Of a stretch of 64,000 nucleotides of DNA, positions 39,381-49,725 are shown in pieces; position 1 is the first letter of the stretch, and every line of letters starts with the position of its first letter. The stretch spans positions 64,749 to 128,748 of the forward strand of contig JBMNFA010000007.1 of NCBI GenBank assembly GCA_050949055.1, in the 5' to 3' direction. Source of the stretch: Bacillota bacterium. Its GTDB lineage: Bacteria; Bacillota; UBA994; UBA5500. The notes under the pieces were generated by a model that was not told the DNA's origin, did no database searches, and was given only the letters and a program-made list of their open reading frames with translations. The position numbers and the translations under genes are program-made.

Positions 39381-40022
39381 GTGTCAACCAAGAAAGAACA
39401 CGCCCAAGAAGTAATGCGACGCTTAGCAGCCAGGTATCCACAGGCACACTGCGAACTGAGCTTCCGCACCCCTTGGCAGCTGCTGGTGGCCACCATGCTG
39501 GCCGCCCAGTCCACCGATCAACAGGTGAACAAGCTCACGGCCCCCCTATTCGCCCGTTACCCTACCCCCCAAGCCCTAGTCGAGCTCCCTCTTGAGGAAC
39601 TGGAACAGCTGATCAAAGGTGTGGGGCTTTATCGTAACAAGGCCAAGAATATCCTGGCCACCTGCCGCATTTTACTGGATGAGTACGGGGGAGAGGTGCC
39701 CGCCAGTTTGCAGGAACTGGTTAAGCTGCCGGGGGTGGGGCGAAAGACAGCCAATGTGGTGCTATCCAATGCCTTCGACATCCCTGCCTTCGCCGTGGAC
39801 ACCCATGTGTTGCGGGTCAGCCGCCGTTTGGGTCTGGCTGAGCAGACAACGCCGGATAAAGTGGAAGCAGAAGTGACTGAGCTGCTGCCGCCCGAGCAAT
39901 GGAAAGACGCGCATCATTGGTTGATCTGGCATGGCCGCCGCACCTGCCATGCCCGCAAGCCGGCCTGCGACCGCTGTTCGTTGCAGGACATCTGCCCCGA
40001 GTCTGAAGGAGGAGAAGCATGA
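39381..40022 (+). CDS. nth: Endonuclease III
   Basis: HhH-GPD motif LPGVGRKTANVV and a [4Fe-4S] motif CHARKPACDRCSLQDICP. Confidence 0.9.
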   Translation: MSTKKEHAQEVMRRLAARYPQAHCELSFRTPWQLLVATMLAAQSTDQQVNKLTAPLFARYPTPQALVELPLEELEQLIKGVGLYRNKAKNILATCRILLDEYGGEVPASLQELVKLPGVGRKTANVVLSNAFDIPAFAVDTHVLRVSRRLGLAEQTTPDKVEAEVTELLPPEQWKDAHHWLIWHGRRTCHARKPACDRCSLQDICPESEGGEA

Positions 40023-41368
40023 ACAAACAGCCGATTATCATCTATACCGACGGTGCATGTTCCGGCAACCCCGGTCCCGGAGGCTACGGCGTGGTCATCC
40101 TGCAGGGAGCAGCCGTGCAGGAGCTCTCTGGTTGCGAGGATGAGACCACCAACCAACGGATGGAGCTGCAGGCAGCCATTGCCGGGCTGCGGCATGTTCC
40201 AGAGGGCAGCCGGGTAATTCTACATAGTGACAGCGCCTATCTGGTGCGCGCCTTCCGTGAACGCTGGCTGAACAAGTGGCAGCGCAACGGCTGGCAGAAC
40301 TCCAAGGGCGACGCCGTAGCCAACCAGGATTTGTGGCGGGAGCTGCTTGAGCTGGCTGCCACTCGCGAAGTGCAATGGGAGAAGGTGGCCGGGCATTCGG
40401 GCGATCGCTGGAACGAGCGCTGCGACGAACTGGCTCGGGCTGCAATTCTAGATAAGGAGGTTAAACAGATGAAACAGGGCTGGCTGCTGGTACTGAACAA
40501 AGACGAGAACACGGTGATGTATATCGACGCTGCCACCGGCAAGATCGCCAAGACGCTCCCGGTGGACAAGAACCCTCACGAGGTAGTGATCAGTCCTGAC
40601 GGGTCTTTGGCCTACGTCACCAACTCCGGCGGCAACACCCTCTCGGTGCTGGACAACCGCAACATGGAGGAGATCAAGCGCATTGGGCATCCCGATTTCC
40701 ACTTCCCCCATGGGCTGGCCATCACCCGTGATGGACAGCGGTTGCTGCTGGCGTCCACCCGTTCGGGCAAGTTCTTCGTCTTTTCCTTGCCGGACCTAAG
40801 CGTCAAGCACGTTTTCACCACCGGTCAGGATTCGGTGCACATGGTCTCATTAACCCCTGATGAGCATTTTGCTTACATAGCCAACATCCGCTCCAATACT
40901 GTCACCCGATTTGACATGCAGCGGGAACAGGTGCTGGAGCACATCCCTGTAGGTACAGGGCCGGAAGGTCTGGCCATTCATCCTAACGGCAGTGAACTAT
41001 ATGTTGCCAATCAGCACGACAACAATGTCTATGTGATGGACATGGTCGATCACAGCGTCAAGCACACCATCAAGCTGGGCACGCTGCCCATTCGCCTGGT
41101 GTTCAGCCCGGACGGCCACTACGCCTTTGTCCCCAACCGCGAGTCGGGCGACCTCTCGATCATCGACTGCAGCCGCCCCTGGGAGATCAAACGTATCCGG
41201 GTCGGCGTCTGGCCAGGTGGCGTAGTCTTCGATACTGCTGGCCAACGCGCCTTCGTGGCCAACAACAAGACCAACGATGTCTCCGTCATCGAGGTGGAGA
41301 CGCTGAAAGAGACCGGCCGCTTCGACGCCGGCATTCACCCGGATGGCATCGCCTACTTCGAGCTCTAA
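40019..41368 (+). CDS. rnhA: RNase HI domain fused to YVTN-type 7-bladed beta-propeller
   Basis: Residues 1-145 form an RNase HI domain with DEDD residues (YTDGAC, NQRMEL, HSDS, ERCDEL). Residues ~160-449 carry repeated SPDG..AYV.N..S..VSV blades. The ATG overlaps the nth stop. Confidence 0.8.
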   Translation: MNKQPIIIYTDGACSGNPGPGGYGVVILQGAAVQELSGCEDETTNQRMELQAAIAGLRHVPEGSRVILHSDSAYLVRAFRERWLNKWQRNGWQNSKGDAVANQDLWRELLELAATREVQWEKVAGHSGDRWNERCDELARAAILDKEVKQMKQGWLLVLNKDENTVMYIDAATGKIAKTLPVDKNPHEVVISPDGSLAYVTNSGGNTLSVLDNRNMEEIKRIGHPDFHFPHGLAITRDGQRLLLASTRSGKFFVFSLPDLSVKHVFTTGQDSVHMVSLTPDEHFAYIANIRSNTVTRFDMQREQVLEHIPVGTGPEGLAIHPNGSELYVANQHDNNVYVMDMVDHSVKHTIKLGTLPIRLVFSPDGHYAFVPNRESGDLSIIDCSRPWEIKRIRVGVWPGGVVFDTAGQRAFVANNKTNDVSVIEVETLKETGRFDAGIHPDGIAYFEL

Positions 41369-41371
41369 AGC

Positions 41372-41398
41372 GACACGTGGGGACAGTCCCCACGTGTC
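41372..41398. repeat. Perfect 27-nt palindrome GACACGTGGGGACAGTCCCCACGTGTC + T7 run: terminator of rnhA-fusion gene; member of GGGGACWGTCCCC-core repeat family
   Basis: The perfect inverted repeat is followed by TTTTTTT. Confidence 0.8.
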
Positions 41399-41416
41399 TT
41401 TTTTTGCGATCTGCTG

Positions 41417-41452
41417 TTGACATTAACGTAACGTTAACCTGTAAGCTAATGG
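41417..41452 (+). promoter_or_regulatory. MerR-type promoter: TTGACA - 19 bp spacer with dyad TTAACGTAACGTTAA - TAAGCT
   Basis: The -35 is at 41417..41422, the 7-1-7 palindrome at 41423..41437 and the -10 at 41442..41447. A 19-bp spacer is the hallmark of MerR-family regulated promoters. Confidence 0.6.
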
Positions 41453-41469
41453 TGCAAGGAGTTGAGGTC

Positions 41470-42234
41470 ATGGAGTACACAGTGAAGCGGTTGGCCAGGT
41501 TAGCGGGGGTCAGCACCCGTACTTTGCGGTATTATGACGAAATTGGCTTGCTCAGGCCGGCGCGAATCAACTCGTCCGGGTACCGCATCTACGGCCAGGC
41601 TGAAGTCAATCGCCTGCAGCAAATCCTGTTTTACCGGGAGCTGGGGGTCGGTCTGGATCGCATCAAGGAGATCATCACCCAGCCCGGCTTTGATCACGTT
41701 GCGGCATTGCGCCAGCACCGCGAGCAACTCCTTGCCGAGCAGGCCCGCTTGAGTCTGCTGATCGAGAACGTGGAGAAGACCTTGGCTCACATTGAAGGGG
41801 GAAGTGCGATGAGCGACAAAGAGAAGTTTGCCGGGTTCAAGCAGAAGCTAGTTGAGGACAACGAGAAGAAGTATGGCCGGGAAGTGAGGGAACGGTGGGG
41901 AGACAAAGCTGCAGATGAGAGCAATCGGGCCCTGATGAACATGACGGAGGAGCAGTATGCCCAGCTGCAGCAACTAAGCGAGACGCTGATGCAGACCTTA
42001 AAGGAGGCGTTTGCCACCGGGGATCCGGCCGGCGACCTGGCGCAGAAGGCAGCAGATCTACACCGTCAATGGCTCTGCTTCATGTGGAATGGCAAATACA
42101 GCAAAGAGGCGCACGCAGGGCTGGCCCGGATGTATGTGGAGGATGAGCGCTTCACAGCCTACTACGATAGCGAGCAGCCAGGTTTGACCGCCTTCCTGCG
42201 GGACGCTGTTCTGGCCTACACTGGGATGCAATGA
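41470..42234 (+). CDS. MerR-family transcriptional regulator with TipAS-like C-terminal domain
   Basis: HTH segment YTVKRLARLAGVSTRTLRYYDEIGLL, a coiled coil and a TipAS-like tail. Confidence 0.8.
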   Translation: MEYTVKRLARLAGVSTRTLRYYDEIGLLRPARINSSGYRIYGQAEVNRLQQILFYRELGVGLDRIKEIITQPGFDHVAALRQHREQLLAEQARLSLLIENVEKTLAHIEGGSAMSDKEKFAGFKQKLVEDNEKKYGREVRERWGDKAADESNRALMNMTEEQYAQLQQLSETLMQTLKEAFATGDPAGDLAQKAADLHRQWLCFMWNGKYSKEAHAGLARMYVEDERFTAYYDSEQPGLTAFLRDAVLAYTGMQ

Positions 42235-42401
42235 CACGAAGGGACAGTGCCCCCGTGTCACTTTCTAAAGCACCTCAGCTAATGGATACAATCGATTGAT
42301 CAAGAAGGGTTCCTGCGGGTCTCCCCGCAGGCCTTTTCTTTAGTGGCGACATGGATACCATTCCGTGATAAGATGACTGTTGAGTTGAATGGACAGTCGA
42401 G

Positions 42402-43850
42402 GTGACAGATCAGGTGGGTTATCTAGCCAAGTTCCGCGATATGTTTTCTCCCCGGGATATGTCGGTGGGCGTTCCATGGAAGCGGATTGCCGAGTTTGCC
42501 TTTCCGATGTTAGTGGGCAACTTTGTTCAGCAGATGTACAACACCGTGGACGCCATCGTAGTGGGCCGGAGCAAATGGGGCTATACAGCGCTGGCCTCCG
42601 TGGGCAACGCCGGGCCTGTGCTCAATTTCTTGTTGGCGCTGTTTGTCGGTGTGGCCACCGGTGCGGGTATTCTCGTGGCCCAGTATTACGGCGGGCGGAA
42701 GAGAGATGAGTTGGGGATAACCATCGGCAATTGCATTTCTATTACGGCCCTTACCTCCCTGGTGATCATGATCGTCGGTCCACTGATCACCGGCCCGCTG
42801 CTTCGGGCGGTCGGCACCCTGCCCGAGGTGTACGCTGGTTCCCGCGCCTACTTGAACATCTTCTTCCTCGGCATAGGCGGATTCTTGTTCTACAACGTCT
42901 TTGCTGGCATCTTGCGCGGCCTGGGCGACTCCTTCTCTGCGCTGGGGTTCCTGTTGATTTGCTCCCTGCTGAATATAATCGGCGACTTGCTGCTCGTGGA
43001 CAGCATGGGTGTAGCCGGCGTAGCGTTGGCGACAGTGATAGCGCAAGGCATTTCCGCTGTACTTTGCCTGCTCAAGCTGCGGCAGCTCAAGCACCTGTTC
43101 ACACTCTCGCGACAGAACCTGAGGCTGAACAAGGACGTGGTGCTGAAGGTGGTGCGCCTCGGTATCCCATCGGGCCTCACGCAAGCCATGTTTTCCTGCG
43201 CCATGATGGCGGTGCAAGCGCTGATCAACAGCTTCGGTGACGCTATGTTTGTCGCCTGCAATGTGATGGTCATGCGAGTGGATGGATACGCCATGTTGCC
43301 CAACTTCAGTTTCGGCCAGGCGATGAGCACCTTCGCTGGGCAAAACGTGGGCGCCCGCAAGCTGGACAGGTTGCGGATAGGTACCAAGCAAGGCTTGATC
43401 ATGTCTGTGGGGACGGCACTGGTAATGACGCCGCTGGTGCTGCTGCTTGGACCAGCAATAATGGGATTATTCACCCCAGGCAACACGGAATTGATCAACC
43501 TGGCCATGAGCATGATGTATATCCTCGCCGCCGGTTATGTGGCTGTGAGTGTCACCCAGTGCCTGTCGGGAGTGATGCGAGGGGCAGGTGACACTGTGAC
43601 CCCGATGTGGATCAGCTTTGGCGCCACCATCGGCCTGCGGGTGCCATTGGCCTATCTGCTGGTGGCTGCCGCCAGAAAGGCTGGTGCCGCTGTGCTGACG
43701 CAAGAGAAGATGGTCTTTGTGGCGCTGCTGGTCAGTTGGACGGCTGGTATGTTGATTTCCACCATCGCCTATAGATCGGGTATCTGGAAGAGGAAACAGG
43801 TCAACCGGATTGCAGCCGAGTTGGCTGCCGAGGCCAAGGAGGCCGTTTGA
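42402..43850 (+). CDS. MATE family efflux transporter
   Basis: 12 TM with two MatE repeats; 482 aa. Confidence 0.85.
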   Translation: MTDQVGYLAKFRDMFSPRDMSVGVPWKRIAEFAFPMLVGNFVQQMYNTVDAIVVGRSKWGYTALASVGNAGPVLNFLLALFVGVATGAGILVAQYYGGRKRDELGITIGNCISITALTSLVIMIVGPLITGPLLRAVGTLPEVYAGSRAYLNIFFLGIGGFLFYNVFAGILRGLGDSFSALGFLLICSLLNIIGDLLLVDSMGVAGVALATVIAQGISAVLCLLKLRQLKHLFTLSRQNLRLNKDVVLKVVRLGIPSGLTQAMFSCAMMAVQALINSFGDAMFVACNVMVMRVDGYAMLPNFSFGQAMSTFAGQNVGARKLDRLRIGTKQGLIMSVGTALVMTPLVLLLGPAIMGLFTPGNTELINLAMSMMYILAAGYVAVSVTQCLSGVMRGAGDTVTPMWISFGATIGLRVPLAYLLVAAARKAGAAVLTQEKMVFVALLVSWTAGMLISTIAYRSGIWKRKQVNRIAAELAAEAKEAV

Positions 43851-44008
43851 CACCCGGGGACTGCCAGCTGTCGGACGGGAACACGTTTTGCCGAGCGGTG
43901 ACCAGGTGGAGATTATCCAGGATCTACGGCGGTTTTTCCTGCAGGTCGGGAAGGTGATTTCGATTCGCCTTCAGAAATAAGCATACGTAGTCAGATGATC
44001 TAAAGGAG

Positions 44009-45265
44009 GTGCCATTAATGGAGTACAGTGTATCAGAGAAGATCACCCAGACCTACCAGAAGCTAAAGCAGCTGGAGGCAGTGCAGCGTGGCATCGAGTT
44101 CATCCAGCAGGACGAGCAGAACACATTGGAGGACCAGCTGGAATTGGTGGTTATCGAGGCTCCCACTTTCCAGGAAGGTAATCGGGCAAAGGCGTTTGCC
44201 GAAAAGCTGGCAGCGCTGGGTCTGGAGGAGGTGCAGGTGGATCGGCACGGCAATGCCTTCGGAATCAGGCGTGGCAAGGGTAACACAGGGAAGGCGATCG
44301 TCATTGAAGGCCATTTGGATACCGTTTTCCCCTTGGGCACGGTGACCGGCAAGCCGCAGCCGCAGGACGGCATCTACCATTGCCCTGGCATGGCCGACGA
44401 CACCCGGGGGCTGGCAGCGGTGCTGTCTGTATTGCGTGCTTTTAGCCACAGCCAGATAGAGACCCATTATGACATCATCTTCATGGGCACCGCCCGCGAA
44501 GAAGGTATGGGCGGCTTTGGCGGGATGAAGGGCTTCCTGGATGATCACGACAACATCGTCGGTTCCATCAACATTGACGGTTCTAGCATCGATACCATCA
44601 CCTATCAGGCCACCGGCATGAAGACGTTCGCCGTCAACTTCTACGGCATCGGCGGCCACGCCTACGGCGCTTTTGCCAAGGTGGCTAATCCGCTGCATGC
44701 TGCGGCCCGGGCCGTGGCCAAGATCGCCGACGTACAAGTGCCAGCTACCCCCAAGACTACCTATGCCGTCAGCAACTTCCACGCTGGCAATGATGCTGGG
44801 GTGCACGCCATTGTGCCGCAGGCCACCATCAAGATGAACATGCGCTCCGATTGTCAAGTGGAGCTGGACATTATGTATGGGAAGGTGCTGGAGTGCATCA
44901 AACAGGCTTGCGCCGAGGAAACCGCCCGCTGGGGCATGGACACCATCACCTATGACATCACTACCTACGTTGATGTTAAAGCTGGGACCCAGCCCGTAGA
45001 TGCTCCTATTGTGCAAACCATCTACACCCTGATCAAGGACACCGGTGTGGAACCCACCTTTGGCAGCGGCGGCAACACCAATGCCAATCCTCCCATCGCC
45101 GCTGGCATCCCCGCCGTCTGCATCGGTGGCGGCGGCAAGGCAGGCATGGTGCATACCACCAAGGAGTGGTGGGATCCCACAGATGCCTACAAGGGACCGC
45201 AGTTGATCTTCTACTTCGCCAACTTGCTGGCCGGCATTGAGGGCGTCAGCGAGTCGGTACTCTAG
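44009..45265 (+). CDS. M20 family metallopeptidase (peptidase T-like)
   Basis: HLDTV and GMADDTRG metal-binding motifs. Confidence 0.75.
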   Translation: MPLMEYSVSEKITQTYQKLKQLEAVQRGIEFIQQDEQNTLEDQLELVVIEAPTFQEGNRAKAFAEKLAALGLEEVQVDRHGNAFGIRRGKGNTGKAIVIEGHLDTVFPLGTVTGKPQPQDGIYHCPGMADDTRGLAAVLSVLRAFSHSQIETHYDIIFMGTAREEGMGGFGGMKGFLDDHDNIVGSINIDGSSIDTITYQATGMKTFAVNFYGIGGHAYGAFAKVANPLHAAARAVAKIADVQVPATPKTTYAVSNFHAGNDAGVHAIVPQATIKMNMRSDCQVELDIMYGKVLECIKQACAEETARWGMDTITYDITTYVDVKAGTQPVDAPIVQTIYTLIKDTGVEPTFGSGGNTNANPPIAAGIPAVCIGGGGKAGMVHTTKEWWDPTDAYKGPQLIFYFANLLAGIEGVSESVL

Positions 45266-45344
45266 TTTAGGATTCCAGTAGCAGAACAAGCCAGCGCCGA
45301 CGCGCTGGCTTGTTGGTTAGCCGTTATTAGGGTATATCCGTTGG

Positions 45345-46601
45345 GTGGTGACAGCAATGAGCAGGCGAAAACAGTGGCAGCGGCGGATCTTTCTATTATG
45401 TTGGGCAGCTTACGCCTTGGCTTATTTTTGTCGGATGAACCTGGCTGTAGCTTTGCCCGCTATCGGACGAGAAATTGGGGCAAACAGGGCTACCCTCGGC
45501 ATCATCGGGAGCAGCTTTTTCTGGTCATATGCCATTGGACAACTGGTCAACGGCTATTTAGGGGATCGGTTCAGCAGCCGCTGGTTCATCGGATTGGGGC
45601 TGTTGGCGTCAGCGTTAATCAATCTCAGCTTCGGCTTTGCGCGGAGCATATCCTTGATGGCACTGCTTTGGGGAATGAACGGTTTCTTCCAGTCAATGCT
45701 TTGGGGTCCCATCATGAAGACCTTATCGGTCTGGCTGCCAGATAAACCAGCAACTCGCACTGCGGTTCAGATTACCACCAGCACCATTGCCGGCTACTAC
45801 TTGGCATGGGGGCTTTCCGGCTACCTAGTATCCCGGTTTAGTTGGGCCTGGGCCTTCTGGGTGCCGGCGGGCGTGGTCCTTGCCTTTGGGTTTTGCTGGC
45901 TGCTCCTGGTGCGGGATACGCCTGCCAGCGCAAGCGTGGAGATGCCGGCGATGATAGAGCACGAACAGCACCGGGTTCAAGCCGTCTCCGCTCCCCGGGG
46001 CTCGTTGGCCCAGGTTGCCGCCCAGACCGGCTTGTGGCTATTGGCCTTGGTCTGCCTGGCCCAAGGAATTATCAAAGAGGGGATCAACCTTTGGGGTCCG
46101 ACCATGCTGGCGGAGATCTCTGGTCCGGCGACAGCTTCCACTGTCTTGTCCAGCCTGCTCATCCCCACCATGAACCTGGCGGGTATCTTCCTGTCCGGCG
46201 CGGTTGCTCAGGTGTTTCGCGGCCAGGAGCGGCCAGCCGTCGCCAGCCTGTTGCTGGCCTGTTCCCTGGGTGCGGCGGCCCTCGCCTTCGCGCCTAGCAG
46301 CCTGTTGCTCAGCGCCCTGCTTTTGGGAGCAGTATCTTGCTTCGTTTATGGAGCGAACACCTTGCTGTTGACGGTGATTCCATTGCAGTATCGGCGCTAC
46401 GGGCTAACCTCCACTGTCGCGGGCGGGCTAGATGCAGCCGCTTACTTGGGTGCTGCCGCGTCCGGGGTGCTGAACGGTTGGCTGGCGGATGGTGGAGGCT
46501 GGGGGCGCGCCGTTCTCAGCTGGAGTGCTGTCGGTCTGGCGGCGGCGCTACTGTTGTGGTGCCATCAACGGCAGGCAGAGGCAGGAACGAATCCTGATTG
46601 A
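45345..46601 (+). CDS. MFS transporter
   Basis: 12 TM hydropathy; 418 aa. Confidence 0.7.
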   Translation: MVTAMSRRKQWQRRIFLLCWAAYALAYFCRMNLAVALPAIGREIGANRATLGIIGSSFFWSYAIGQLVNGYLGDRFSSRWFIGLGLLASALINLSFGFARSISLMALLWGMNGFFQSMLWGPIMKTLSVWLPDKPATRTAVQITTSTIAGYYLAWGLSGYLVSRFSWAWAFWVPAGVVLAFGFCWLLLVRDTPASASVEMPAMIEHEQHRVQAVSAPRGSLAQVAAQTGLWLLALVCLAQGIIKEGINLWGPTMLAEISGPATASTVLSSLLIPTMNLAGIFLSGAVAQVFRGQERPAVASLLLACSLGAAALAFAPSSLLLSALLLGAVSCFVYGANTLLLTVIPLQYRRYGLTSTVAGGLDAAAYLGAAASGVLNGWLADGGGWGRAVLSWSAVGLAAALLLWCHQRQAEAGTNPD

Positions 46602-46656
46602 TGCCTTATTGGCCGCGAGCGTTTGGCTTGTTCATGGGCACGAGGAAGGTGATTGT

Positions 46657-46932
46657 CGGATGTCACGGGCAAACACCCCCGCTATCTTCATTGTCACTGG
46701 CATCATGGCTACTGGTAAATCGACCGTAGCCGAGCTGCTGACCAGGCAGTTTAGCAGAGGCGTTCATCTGCGGGGAGATGTCTTTCGGTGCGTGATCGAT
46801 ACCGGTCGCGAGGAGATGCTGCCGCAGGCTACTGCTGAGGCAGAAAGAACCAGTAGATGCCCGCCAGGCAAGCCTGCCATCCGAGGACGCAACGCCCCTC
46901 GAGACGGGCACCTGTTTAGAACTGACAAGTAG
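46657..46932 (+). pseudogene. Truncated P-loop kinase/ATPase fragment (IFIVTGIMATGKSTVAELL); C-terminal part lost or frame-disrupted
   Basis: A Walker A motif is followed by only ~45 conserved-looking residues, then low-complexity sequence and a stop. A full-length homolog would be about twice this length. Confidence 0.35.
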
Positions 46933-46993
46933 GTGCTGGGTGTGGTAATATTAGACAATGGTTTGCGGCAAGTCTTACGGGGAGGGGTCTGCT

Positions 46994-47496
46994 TGGAAAT
47001 ACAAATTATCCCGGTTTCCGTTGGTGAAAAGGAGATACTCAAGAATCTCCTGGAAAAGTATGACTATGAGTTCTCACAGTATGATCACCGGGATGTCAAC
47101 GCCTTGGGGCTTTACGGCTATGATTATCTCGACCATTATTGGGTAGAGGAGAAGCGTTGGCCTTTCTTTATCAAGGTGGACGGCAAGCTAGCCGGGTTTG
47201 TGATGGTGAACGATTACCCTGAAGTAGTCCGGGACACAGACTACACTTTGGCCGAGTTCTTTGTCATGCATAAGTATCGCCGCATGGGTGTGGGCCGAAG
47301 GGCTGCTTATCATGTCTTTGATCTGTTCAAGGGCAAGTGGCAGCTGAAACGGCACCCCAAGAATACATCTTCTGTGCATTTCTGGAACACTGTGATCGCT
47401 GATTACACTCATGGGCAGTACACGTTGATTACAGCCCATCCAGAGGCGGCATATGACGATGGTACATTAGGCGACGTGCTGATCTTCAATACGTAG
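46994..47496 (+). CDS. GNAT family N-acetyltransferase
   Basis: An RBS precedes the TTG start; Ac-CoA motif RRMGVGRRAA. Confidence 0.6.
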
Positions 47497-47575
47497 TGTG
47501 CCGGAAGTAGCCTGATTAAGGTCGCCGGAACTGGCGACGCCGAGAGTGCTACGAGGCGGTCTCAACCTGCACCCC

Positions 47576-48157
47576 TTACTCGGAAAACGAGATTCTGTAC
47601 AACAGTCGCCAGTCTATCCGTTCCTCCAAGCTAGAGCTGAGCAAACTTTCTCTGATTCTCTCCCAGGTTATTCCCGGATCGTTGGATAGGAAAACCAGCC
47701 ACTCCTCTTCCGTTTCGTGGATATGCAGCTGCTGATAGGCAAACTCAATGTGATCATAATCCCCTTTGAAGGCATCCCTGGTGTGGTCTTCCAGGCCATA
47801 GTAGGTGCTGCCATCAAAGTAGAGGTTGGTGATGATCGGATCGCCTTCGATGGTGTATTGCACGATCACCAGTGACGCCTCCCGCCCAGCTTCTGCAGTG
47901 GCGACGAAATCGTCTGCCAGTTGTCGATCTGAACGCAGGGAGCCATGCACTAGGACGAAACGGCCGTTCTCCACGGCTTTCTCTGGCGAGTAGCTTTCGG
48001 GTATGCTGGCCACCTCCTGTTTCAGCCTGGCGAAGATGTCTTCAGCGTCAGGATGGTCGGAGAGGGGGGCAGGCCTATTCTGCCCGCATGCTGTCAGCGT
48101 GAGGAGCAGTGACAGGAGCATAAGCAGCATTGTTGCTCTCAGACCGGGATTTTCCAT
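47576..48157 (-). CDS. Lipoprotein, hypothetical
   Basis: Lipobox LTLTAC after a signal peptide. Confidence 0.5.
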   Translation of the reverse strand: MENPGLRATMLLMLLSLLLTLTACGQNRPAPLSDHPDAEDIFARLKQEVASIPESYSPEKAVENGRFVLVHGSLRSDRQLADDFVATAEAGREASLVIVQYTIEGDPIITNLYFDGSTYYGLEDHTRDAFKGDYDHIEFAYQQLHIHETEEEWLVFLSNDPGITWERIRESLLSSSLEERIDWRLLYRISFSE

Positions 48158-48278
48158 GGTTTCAACTCCTTTCGCTATTCAGACGGCTGGTGTTTAGCCA
48201 CGGTTCCGGTGTTTGGTCCACTGCATGGGCTAGCGGAGGGATGGCCTTTTCCAGCTATTATGTAAGGAGGTGGACTAA

Positions 48279-48821
48279 ATGATCACCATCCGGCAGTTGA
48301 CGGAAGCAGACCTGCCGCAAGCTATCCAACTGAAGGCTGTGTGCTGGCCGGAAGAATTGGCTGGGCTAGCGGACGCAGAACTGGATGTGCAGCAGCAGCT
48401 GCAATTTTGGGTTAATTGGATGCAGGCGGCCGAAAAGGATAACGATGTGCGGCTGCCGATCGGCGCCTTTGAGAACGGTAGAATGCTGGGAGTGGCTTTT
48501 GCCAGCCTGGCCGAGACAGATGATATCGCGGACGGTGGTATCGAATTGAATGGCCTTTGGGTGCATCCAGGGCAGCGGGGTCGCGGCCTGGGATTGCAGT
48601 TGCTGGCGCACGTCTTAGGCTACTATCAGCAACTGGGCAGGAGGCAGGTGGTCATCTACAGCTTCCACTGTTCGCCGTCCAATAGCTTCTACCGACGCTT
48701 TAGGGCGCAGGTGCTGCGCCAGGAGGTGCAGACGAAAGAACGCCTCCCAGTAGATGTCTTCATCGCCGACATCGGCACCATGCAGGGAGCAGTGGAGAGC
48801 GCTTTGCAGAGGTACATATAG
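48279..48821 (+). CDS. GNAT family N-acetyltransferase
   Basis: Ac-CoA motif QRGRGLGLQLL. Confidence 0.7.
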   Translation: MITIRQLTEADLPQAIQLKAVCWPEELAGLADAELDVQQQLQFWVNWMQAAEKDNDVRLPIGAFENGRMLGVAFASLAETDDIADGGIELNGLWVHPGQRGRGLGLQLLAHVLGYYQQLGRRQVVIYSFHCSPSNSFYRRFRAQVLRQEVQTKERLPVDVFIADIGTMQGAVESALQRYI

Positions 48822-48876
48822 GTGAGAGTGCAAGATCGGGGACTGTCCCCAATTTTGCACTCACTAGCTAGGAGGA

Positions 48877-49725
48877 GTGACAGCTATGCGTTATGAACGA
48901 TGTTCGCTATCGCATTTGCCTGACTTGTACCAGGCGTTTCGCTCCGGCTTTGCCGACTACATTGTTAGTCTGGATGTGCCTTATGAAGTATTCGCCGGGC
49001 GCTGGTTTCAGCCGGCCTGGAACCAGCTGGAACACTCCTTTATCGCTTATGACGGCGCCTCGCCCATCGGAATGATTCTCGGCGGCATTCGTCAGTACGA
49101 GGGGCTTCGCACCATGCGCTGCGGCGGTTTGTGTGTGAGCCCGGACTATCGTAGACGGGGAGTGGCGCAGGCACTCTATCAACTGCATCGCCAGCAAGCC
49201 ATAGACAATCGCTGCCAGCAGATCTTCCTGGAAGTGATCGCGACCAATCAACCGGCGATCAACTTCTACGGAAGATGGGTTACGAGAAAGTCTACGACTT
49301 GAGATATTACACCCACATCCAACCCAAGGAGTTGGCCGCCAGGATTGATGCCGGTATTGCCATTGCGCCGGTCGCTCCCGAACAGGTGCGGGCAGCAGTT
49401 AATCCCGAGATACATATCAACTGGCAAAACACCTTGGAATACATAGCCACAGCTGATGTCAGTACTACGGTGTAGCTGGGGAGATGCCCTGTTGGCCTAT
49501 CTCTGCATCAGCAAGGCCGGAAAGATTTATCAGCTATGGGTGAGACCCGATAGTAGACACCAAGGGCTTGCTAGCGCCCTGCTGGCGCACGCTCTCCAGC
49601 TGCTGACCCCCAGCAAAGTCACTGCCAGCACTCCCAACAACGCCTCGCTGGAAGGCTTCCTGCGCCGGCAGGGGTTTGTCCAAGATTCCCTATCCCAATA
49701 CGAGATGTACCTTCCGTTGTCGTAA
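48877..49725 (+). pseudogene. Two-domain GNAT acetyltransferase disrupted by two frameshifts (near 49285 and 49460)
   Basis: Three consecutive ORFs (48877..49302 frame 1, 49275..49475 frame 3, 49456..49725 frame 1) each carry GNAT-like sequence (RRRGVAQALY; FYGR|MGYEKVYDLRYY; LWVRPDSRHQGLASALL). Translation after the TGA at 49300 in the same frame is nonsense. Confidence 0.5.

Noticed and set aside
49300-49302. Second in-frame TGA (end of GNAT ORF 48877..49302) as a possible selenocysteine codon
   Set aside because: Translation downstream of this TGA in the same frame is Pro-rich nonsense ending at a TAG (49444..49446). The GNAT sequence instead continues in a different frame (49275..49475). 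This is a frameshift or pseudogene, not Sec recoding.
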